The notes beneath the pieces were generated by a model that was not told the origin of the DNA, did not search any database, and was given only the letters and a program-made list of their open reading frames with translations. DNA of 47,965 bases, taken from contig JANNHC010000361.1 in the NCBI GenBank assembly GCA_031404215.1, positions 1 through 47,965 of the forward strand, written 5' to 3'. This stretch comes from Acidobacteriota bacterium. Lineage in GTDB: Bacteria > Acidobacteriota > Vicinamibacteria > Vicinamibacterales > 2-12-FULL-66-21. This document shows, in pieces, positions 41,452 to 47,965 of the stretch (its first letter is position 1; each line of letters begins with the position of its first letter). A program made the position numbers and the translations under genes.

Positions 41452-44430
41452 TCAGATCGCCCGCAGTATTCCCACGGGAAGCGTCTGAAAGATCTCTCCG
41501 AGAAAGATCGATGAGCGCTCTCCGGCGTGCATGGGACGGACTTCCGCTCCGGTGATCACGTCGCGAAACGCGCGATCGCGAAGTCCGGGCCCCAGCATCA
41601 CTCGCGATGTCTTCCAGCACTCCCCCCCGAGGGGGAAGGGCTGGCCGGCTGTCACCACGCGGTTGCACAATCGCGGCGCGATGAAGAGCACCGCGTCGGC
41701 ATCATCCGAGGCGGCCATTCGGGCGAATCCAACGGCTCCGGCTGGCACTGAGATCTCCGTCGCCAGCGGCAAGTACCTCCCACCGGGAAACACGCGCGGC
41801 AGATCCCGCCGCAGGCGCAGCCCGGCTGCCGTGAGGAGCAGTTTGATCCGTCCGTCGGCCCACCGCTCCAGCCACGCACGAATCGCGCCGGCCCGCGCCG
41901 TGGGATCCATGGCGAGGAGATCGTCTGCTTCGTCGAGGACACGGGAGCGGTGGGCAAAGTCCACGGGCCGCCGGTTGTCGGGATCGACGAGGCTCAAGTC
42001 CCAGAGGTCGGTGCCCTGGTAGAAATCAGGCACACCGGGCGCCCCGATTTTCAACACCACCTGCGCGAGCGAATTGACCATGCCGAGCGAGGCAACCCGT
42101 TGCTGGAACGGCAGAAACGCGGCCAGCAGCCGCGCGCCCGCCGCGCCCGACAGCACGCGCTCGACGAACGTGCGCAGGGCATCCTCGTACGACGGGTTGG
42201 GCGTCAGCCAGCTCGTATGCACCTTCGCCTCCTTGGCCGCCTTGATCATGTACTCCGTCAGCCGCTCGACGAGATCCCCGGGCACGGCCGTGAGATCGGC
42301 CGGCAGGTCAGCCGGCCAGACGCCGACGAGCGACTGATAGAAACGGTACTCGTCCACGCGATCGGGCGCCGGCTCGCCGTCCACGAGCGACCGCTGCGCC
42401 TTGTTGATTCGCATCCATTTCGCCGCCTCGCGTCCCCACTCGTCCGGCATCTCGGAGAGCACGTTGATGCGCGCGCGCACGTCCTCGCCGAGCTTCGTGT
42501 CGTGCGTGGCGGTGGCGAGCATCGCGAACGGCCACTCCGCGGCGCGCCTGCCGTTCACCTCGTGGAATTCCTCGACGGACCGGCCGAACCGCGAGGGGTC
42601 GCCGCCGACCTCGTTGATCGACAGCAGCACGTTGTACCGATAGAACGCCGTGTCTTCGAGTCCCTTCGCCTGGACCGGCCCGGTATATTGCTGCAGCTTC
42701 ATCGCGAACCGCAGGCGTTCGCGCGCCTCGTGCTCGTCCGCGGGCGGGTATCCGTCGCGACGTTCCTGGCGCGCCGGCGCTTCGGTCTTCTCGTCGAGCA
42801 CGTCGCGCTGGAGCACGACCTCGCGAAAGAAGTCGAAGAGCGAGGATTCCATCGCGGGATTCCGCCGGCGGGCTCGGTTGATCGCGCGCGACACGACGGC
42901 CCGGTCTTCCGCGGTCCAGCCGCGCTCGTCCACGTACGTGCGATAGACCGGAAAGCAGGCGACGACTTCCGTGATCACGTCGCGCATCGAGTCGAGCGTG
43001 AAATCGCGCGACTTGCGGTTGCTCTCCCCGATGCGGTCGAGCATGTGCGACAGGACGTTCAGCTCGCTCGCCATCGCGGTGGACATGATGAGCCGCTTGC
43101 TCTCATACAGCACGTCGTCGAACGGCTCGTTGTGACCGGTCAGCTTGACGTACACGCGCCGCGTGCGGCGGGCCTGCGAGACGTCGATGAACAGGCCGTT
43201 CAGGTCGTGCAGGAAGTCGTACCCGGTCGTGCCGTGAACGGCCCAGCCGGCGGGCAGCGTTTCGCCGCCGGACAGGATTTTCTCGGCGACCACGTATACG
43301 CGGCGATCCGCGCCCTCGCGCACGGTACCGGCTGGCCCGGGCTCCCCCTCGAGCGCCCGTGCGGCAAGCGCCTGCAGCATCACAAAGTAACGCGCCGGAT
43401 CGAACAGGCCGTCAGGATGATCGATCCGCAGCGCGTGCACCTTGCCGTCGTGAATCAGGCGAGCGAGCAGCTCGTGGGTGGCATCGAAGACCGGCTCGTG
43501 CTCGACGCGCAGCCCCACGAGCGTGTTGATGTCGAAAAAACGCCGGTAGTTTATCTCGTGGGATGCGGTCCGCCAGTACGACAACCGGTACGGCTGCGCT
43601 TCGAGCAGATCGTGGAGCGCATCAAAGCTCGTGCCGTCACCGGGCGTGCCGTTGAATCGCCGGACGGCGGCGTCGATCGTGTCGCGGACCCCTGCGACGT
43701 CTGTGGCGAGCCGTTCGAGCCGCGAACGGGCGACTTCCTGCTCGCGCTGGCGTTCCGCCATGCGGTGGGGGTGCGTCTCGGTAGAGGCCGGCAGGTTCTG
43801 CAGCGAGCTGATGATGCTCAAGAATTCATTGAGCGGAGCGCTGTCGGCGCCGAGCAGCGACGTCAGCGATTCGGTGACCGTGTTGAACACCCGCGCCGCC
43901 TGGCGCGGATTGATCGGCAGCTCCTGGTCGAAGTACCGCACGGCGAGCGTGCTGCCGGTGAAGGCCAGCTGCAGCTCGCCGCGCTCGAGCACACGGCCGT
44001 ACTGATCCCCGAGGATGGGCAGGAGCAGCTTGGCCTGGAGTTCCGCCTTGGCGGGACTCCAGTCGATGTCAAAGAACGCCGCGGCCGCGGAACTGGGGCC
44101 GTTCTCCAGCACGTCGTTCCACCACGCGTTGGTTCCCGTCCCGATGCCCATGTGATTCGGGACGAAGTCCACGATGTGGTGCATGCCGTGGGCGTCGAGC
44201 GCGGCGCAGAACTCCGCGTGCGCGTCAGCGCCGCCAAGCTCGGCGCTGATTTCGTTGTGATTGCACACGTCGTAGCCGTGCGTGCTCCCGGGCGCCGCGG
44301 TGAAGTACGGCGACGTGTAACACGCGTCCACTCCGAGCCGTGCGAGGTACGGCACCACATCACGCGCCGCCCTCAGCGGAAAGGCGTGATGGACCTGCAG
44401 CCGGTATGTGCTGGCCGGGATGTAAGGCAT
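41452..44430 (-). CDS. treY: malto-oligosyltrehalose synthase
   Basis: 992 aa. N-terminus PASTYRLQVHHAFPLRAARDVVPYLARLGVDACYTSPYF...HGYDV, then VDFVPNHMG. Length and layout are typical of TreY. Confidence 0.93.
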   Translation of the reverse strand: MPYIPASTYRLQVHHAFPLRAARDVVPYLARLGVDACYTSPYFTAAPGSTHGYDVCNHNEISAELGGADAHAEFCAALDAHGMHHIVDFVPNHMGIGTGTNAWWNDVLENGPSSAAAAFFDIDWSPAKAELQAKLLLPILGDQYGRVLERGELQLAFTGSTLAVRYFDQELPINPRQAARVFNTVTESLTSLLGADSAPLNEFLSIISSLQNLPASTETHPHRMAERQREQEVARSRLERLATDVAGVRDTIDAAVRRFNGTPGDGTSFDALHDLLEAQPYRLSYWRTASHEINYRRFFDINTLVGLRVEHEPVFDATHELLARLIHDGKVHALRIDHPDGLFDPARYFVMLQALAARALEGEPGPAGTVREGADRRVYVVAEKILSGGETLPAGWAVHGTTGYDFLHDLNGLFIDVSQARRTRRVYVKLTGHNEPFDDVLYESKRLIMSTAMASELNVLSHMLDRIGESNRKSRDFTLDSMRDVITEVVACFPVYRTYVDERGWTAEDRAVVSRAINRARRRNPAMESSLFDFFREVVLQRDVLDEKTEAPARQERRDGYPPADEHEARERLRFAMKLQQYTGPVQAKGLEDTAFYRYNVLLSINEVGGDPSRFGRSVEEFHEVNGRRAAEWPFAMLATATHDTKLGEDVRARINVLSEMPDEWGREAAKWMRINKAQRSLVDGEPAPDRVDEYRFYQSLVGVWPADLPADLTAVPGDLVERLTEYMIKAAKEAKVHTSWLTPNPSYEDALRTFVERVLSGAAGARLLAAFLPFQQRVASLGMVNSLAQVVLKIGAPGVPDFYQGTDLWDLSLVDPDNRRPVDFAHRSRVLDEADDLLAMDPTARAGAIRAWLERWADGRIKLLLTAAGLRLRRDLPRVFPGGRYLPLATEISVPAGAVGFARMAASDDADAVLFIAPRLCNRVVTAGQPFPLGGECWKTSRVMLGPGLRDRAFRDVITGAEVRPMHAGERSSIFLGEIFQTLPVGILRAI

Positions 44431-44442
44431 GTGGAACGGGTT

Positions 44443-44470
44443 TCAGTGTTCGGTTGTCAGTGTTCGGTTG
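44443..44470. repeat. perfect tandem duplication of a 14-bp unit at the treS-mak / treY junction
   Basis: TCAGTGTTCGGTTG at 44443-44456 and again at 44457-44470. The second copy holds the last four sense codons and the stop of treS-mak (minus strand ...ACAACCGAACACTGA). Confidence 0.85.
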
Positions 44471-47400
44471 TGCCCAACAGGTCGAGGATGCCGCGCAGCG
44501 GGATGCGGACCCAGTCAGGGCGATTGTTGAGCTCGTAGTTCAGCTCGTACAGCGCCTTGTCGAGCACGAACAGTCGCAGCAGCGCGTCGCGCGAGGAACC
44601 GGCCGCGGGAATGAAAGACGCGCCGGCGGCGGTCGCGAAGTATTCACGCAGGAACGCTGACGAGATGGTGGCCTGCCACGTGCGTGCCCACGGCTCGAAA
44701 CGATCGAAGTCGGCGCGGCGCGACATCGTGTGGTGAAAGAGTCCGGCGTATGCCGCGTAACCGAACGACCTCACCATGCCGGCCACGTCCTTGAGCGGTG
44801 ATTGTTTCCTCCGTCGCTGCGCGAGGGAGCGCGCGGGTTCTCCTTCGAAGTCGAGGATGAAGAAGTCCCCTTCAGACCAGAGGACCTGCCCGAGGTGATA
44901 GTCGCCGTGCACGCGGATCTTCGAGGCGGAGAATTCGAGTGTGGACGCGAACCGGAGGTGTTCGAGCAGTAAATCGCGGCCTTCCAGGAGCCGTTCGGCC
45001 GACGCCCGCACGTCCGCCGGCAGGTCGAGGCCGGGCGACGCGAGGGTCCGGACGGCCTGCTCCGCCTGGGCGGTCGAATCCGACGTCAGCGTCTCGATGT
45101 CATTGTTCGTGAGCGGCTCCGGCGCGAAAGCCGCCGTGCTGGAATCCGAGGCCAGGGCGAGATGCATCTCCGCCGTGCGGCGGCCGAGCGTGGCGGCGGT
45201 CGCGAGGTAGGCGCCGATGGCTCGTAGAACCGGTTCCGGTGGATCGCCGACGAGCGCTGACTCCACCGGACTGGCACCGGCCGGCACGGTTTCGGTTTCC
45301 AGGTCTTCGTAGAAGCGCGCGACTTCGCCGAGCGCGTGCGTCCACCCGTCACCCTGGCTCTCCACGAGCTGCTGCATTATTGCGAGGGTGGCCGGCTGTC
45401 CGCCGGACCCGGCGACGGTGGCCGGCTCTTCGCCGAGGCCTGTGTACTCGAACGCCCCGGCGACCGGCGGGACCCGTTTGAATCCGGCACGTTCGGTCAG
45501 CTGCCGGCCGATCTCGAAGTCCGGGTTGATGCCGGGCTCCGCCCGGCGGAACAGCTTCAGAATCAGCCGATCGCCGTAGACGATTGACGTGTTGCTCTGC
45601 TCGGCGGTCAGGCGGCGGATGGGCAGGTCTGCGCCGGCGCCGCCGCGCAGGCCGGCGAACGCGGCGGTCTTGACGGCCCGGATGGTCCCGCGTCTGGTCG
45701 CTATCTGTTCCTCACGGTCGAACGCGTCGAGCAGGGTCTGCGCATATCGATCGTCGAGCCACGCGTCGAAGAGCAGCCCCTTGCGCGCACCGGTCACGTT
45801 CGCAAGAATGGCCTGGGGCGAGCGTTCCTCGAGCCCATTCGCGTCCGCGTACGCGCAGATCGTGAGCGGCAGGAAGTACCGATCGCGGCCGCCGTCCTCG
45901 TACTCGGCCTCCACGATCGAGACAAACAGCGGCTGCGGTCCGCGGCGGAGCAATCCCCAGTCGGCGAAGCGCGCACTGCGCAGTCCCCGCGCCTTTGCGC
46001 CGAACCAGCGCTGCCGCTGCAGGAACGGGATCAGCAGGTCCCGCTCGATGAGCGTGCGGACATTGCCGTCGAGAAGCGTGTCCCAGGCCGCGCCCACGAG
46101 CAGCGCGGGCGGCGCAGGTACATCGGCCACCATGTCCGGCGCGACGCGCGCGGTGACGGGGGCGGGCGCCTGCTGCACGCGGAACCAGTAGAACGAGTAC
46201 GGGCTCAGCGTGAGGACGTACGGCACGTCGCCGATCCTGGGAAATTCCGCCAGGCCCAGCATCTCCACCGGCGTCATCCCCTTGAAGCGGGACAGATCCA
46301 GCTCGACCGGCTGCACCGAACGCGCGAGGTTCGCGACGCACAACACGATGTCGTCCTGATCCCGCCTCACGTACGCCAGCACCTTCCGGTTTCGGGCGGG
46401 GAGGAACTCAATCGTGCCCCGGCCGAAGACGGCGGACTGCTTCCGCAACCCGATCATCCGCTTCATCCAGTTGAGGAGTGAAAACGGCGCGCGCTCCTGC
46501 GCCTCGACGTTGACCGCCTGATAGCCGTACACCGGATCCATGATCGGCGGCGCGTACAGGCGCGCGGGGTCCGCGCGCGAGAAGCCGCCGTTGCGATCGC
46601 CCGTCCACTGCATCGGGGTCCTGACGCCGTTGCGATCGCCCAGGTAGATGTTGTCCCCCATCCCGATTTCGTCGCCGTAGTAGATCACCGGCGTCCCGGG
46701 CATGGAAAAGAGCAGCGCATTCAGCAGCTCGATGCGCCGGCGGCTGTTCTCGAGCAGCGGCGCCAGGCGGCGCCGGATCCCGACGTTGATCCGCATCTGC
46801 GGGTCGGCGGCGTACGCCTGGTACATGTAGTCGCGTTCCTCGTCGGTGACCATCTCGAGTGTCAGCTCGTCGTGGTTGCGCAGGAACATCGCCCACTGGC
46901 AGGTCTCCGGAATTTCGGGGGTCTGCCGCAGGATCTCGGTGATGGGATGGCGATCTTCCTGCCGGAGGCCCATGAACATGCGCGGCATGAGCGGGAAGTG
47001 GAACGCCATGTGGCATTCATCGCCGTCGCCAAAGTACGGCCGCACGTCGGCGGGCCACTGATTCGCCTCGGCCAGCAGCATGCGATCGGGGTAGTGCGCG
47101 TCGAGCGCGGCGCGAATGTTCCTGAGCACCGCGTGGGTCTCGTCGAGGTTCTCGCAAATCGTGCCCTCGCGCTCGATCAGGTACGGCACCGCGTCGAGGC
47201 GTAAACCATCCACGCCCCGATCGAGCCAGAACCGCATCACCCGGACGATCGCCTCCAGGACGGCCGGGTTATCGAAATTCAGATCCGGCTGGTGATGAAA
47301 AAACCGATGCCAGTAGTAGGCCTTGGCGGTGTCGTCCCATTGCCAGTTCGATCGTTCGGTATCGGTAAAGATGACGCGCACGCCCTGGTATTTCTGGTTC

Positions 47401-47798
47401 GTGTCGCTCCACACATAGAAGCCACGCTGGGACGATCCCGCCGGCGCGCGGCGCGCCGCCTGGAACCACGGGTGCTGATCCGAGGTGTGATTGATCACGA
47501 GCTCGGTGACGACCCGGATGTCGCGACGGTGCGCCGCGTCCACGAAGCGATCGAAATCGTCCAGCGTACCGTAGATCGGATGGATGTTCTCGTAGTCCGC
47601 AATGTCGTACCCATCGTCCCGGAGCGGCGACGGATAGAACGGGAGGAGCCAGAGGCAATTGATGCCGAGCCCCTGCAGGTAATCCAGCTTCTGCGTCAGG
47701 CCGTTGAAATCGCCGACGCCGTCGTCGCTGCTGTCGAGGAACGCACGCACGTGCGCCTGGTAGATGACGGCGTCCTTGTACCAGAGAGAATCGGCCAT
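44457..47798 (-). CDS. treS: trehalose synthase (maltose alpha-D-glucosyltransferase) fused to maltokinase
   Basis: 1113 aa. The N-terminal GH13 TreS part shows [33 protein letters not shown], ...LAEANQWP and [11 protein letters not shown]. The C-terminal ~450 aa has a maltokinase/Pep2-like kinase region ([10 protein letters not shown]...[11 protein letters not shown]). Confidence 0.93.
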   Translation of the reverse strand: MADSLWYKDAVIYQAHVRAFLDSSDDGVGDFNGLTQKLDYLQGLGINCLWLLPFYPSPLRDDGYDIADYENIHPIYGTLDDFDRFVDAAHRRDIRVVTELVINHTSDQHPWFQAARRAPAGSSQRGFYVWSDTNQKYQGVRVIFTDTERSNWQWDDTAKAYYWHRFFHHQPDLNFDNPAVLEAIVRVMRFWLDRGVDGLRLDAVPYLIEREGTICENLDETHAVLRNIRAALDAHYPDRMLLAEANQWPADVRPYFGDGDECHMAFHFPLMPRMFMGLRQEDRHPITEILRQTPEIPETCQWAMFLRNHDELTLEMVTDEERDYMYQAYAADPQMRINVGIRRRLAPLLENSRRRIELLNALLFSMPGTPVIYYGDEIGMGDNIYLGDRNGVRTPMQWTGDRNGGFSRADPARLYAPPIMDPVYGYQAVNVEAQERAPFSLLNWMKRMIGLRKQSAVFGRGTIEFLPARNRKVLAYVRRDQDDIVLCVANLARSVQPVELDLSRFKGMTPVEMLGLAEFPRIGDVPYVLTLSPYSFYWFRVQQAPAPVTARVAPDMVADVPAPPALLVGAAWDTLLDGNVRTLIERDLLIPFLQRQRWFGAKARGLRSARFADWGLLRRGPQPLFVSIVEAEYEDGGRDRYFLPLTICAYADANGLEERSPQAILANVTGARKGLLFDAWLDDRYAQTLLDAFDREEQIATRRGTIRAVKTAAFAGLRGGAGADLPIRRLTAEQSNTSIVYGDRLILKLFRRAEPGINPDFEIGRQLTERAGFKRVPPVAGAFEYTGLGEEPATVAGSGGQPATLAIMQQLVESQGDGWTHALGEVARFYEDLETETVPAGASPVESALVGDPPEPVLRAIGAYLATAATLGRRTAEMHLALASDSSTAAFAPEPLTNNDIETLTSDSTAQAEQAVRTLASPGLDLPADVRASAERLLEGRDLLLEHLRFASTLEFSASKIRVHGDYHLGQVLWSEGDFFILDFEGEPARSLAQRRRKQSPLKDVAGMVRSFGYAAYAGLFHHTMSRRADFDRFEPWARTWQATISSAFLREYFATAAGASFIPAAGSSRDALLRLFVLDKALYELNYELNNRPDWVRIPLRGILDLLGTTEH

Positions 47799-47818
47799 GA
47801 TGGTGTCTTTCGCGGCCG

Positions 47819-47965
47819 CTAACGCCCGAGGGCGGCCGCAATGGGCTTGACGTCCTCCGTGCCGGTGCTGCGCGCATCCGGGTCAATGCGGACGTGGAGG
47901 ATGTGCGCGACGCGGTCCTGCGGATCGAGGCGCACGTAGTTCCACTCCCCTCGCCAGACGTAGCG
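47819..47965 (-). CDS. glgE: 3-prime end of alpha-1,4-glucan:maltose-1-phosphate maltosyltransferase (partial, runs off window)
   Basis: The minus strand is open from the window edge to TAG at 47821-47819: [48 protein letters not shown]. The W..NYVRLDP....AH pattern resembles GlgE C-termini as I recall them. It lies 20 nt upstream of treS-mak. Only 48 codons are visible. Confidence 0.5.
   Translation of the reverse strand, partial: RYVWRGEWNYVRLDPQDRVAHILHVRIDPDARSTGTEDVKPIAAALGR

Noticed and set aside
41950-44538. 862-aa plus-strand ORF antisense to treY
   Set aside because: Same high-GC antisense artefact. The translation is Arg/Val/His/Pro-rich with no family signature, while the minus strand encodes full-length TreY.

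Overview
Very GC-rich bacterial chromosomal window. The gene content (CRTAC1/ASPIC protein, CarboxypepD_reg protein, DUF2914-like protein, GlgE pathway) suggests a soil Acidobacteriota- or Gemmatimonadota-like organism, but this cannot be established from the sequence alone. All family calls come from reading motifs in the translated ORFs; no HMM or BLAST search was run.

Layout:
- 1-4500: an ankyrin-repeat protein, an aldo/keto reductase and a TPR/DUF2914-like membrane protein.
- 4838-31049: a roughly 26 kb envelope-polysaccharide locus made of two convergent operons.
  - Plus operon (4838-26144): a degenerate sigma54-activator-like regulator, an outer-membrane beta-barrel, a short OPX export protein, 10 glycosyltransferases, 5 SAM methyltransferases, a Wzy-like polymerase, a small priming phosphoglycosyl transferase and a geranylgeranyl-reductase-family flavoprotein. 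Most junctions are overlapping start/stop codons.
  - Minus operon (31049-26165): a small secreted CarboxypepD_reg-like protein, a Wzc-type tyrosine autokinase, an O-antigen-ligase-family protein and an NT5C-like HAD phosphatase.
- 31515-33130: two more SAM methyltransferases.
- 33528-37522: housekeeping yebC-ruvC-ruvA-ruvB-fabH.
- 37695-39312: an unknown ORF tightly linked to a stand-alone LigD-type primase-polymerase.
- 39255-41371: a TPR remnant coupled to a CRTAC1-family protein.
- 41452-47965, minus strand: glgE (partial), treS-mak fusion and treY.

No rRNA, tRNA, CRISPR array, transposase or integrase was seen.

Most noteworthy:
- the methyltransferase-rich polysaccharide locus, which shows no visible flippase or precursor genes;
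- its ATPase-dead, GAFTGA-less bEBP-like regulator;
- the coupling of the priming transferase to a GGR-family reductase;
- two structured palindromic intergenic elements built from a CACG(A/C)AGAG motif;
- the unknown-ORF/LigD-pol pair, which sits at an apparent rearrangement joint.
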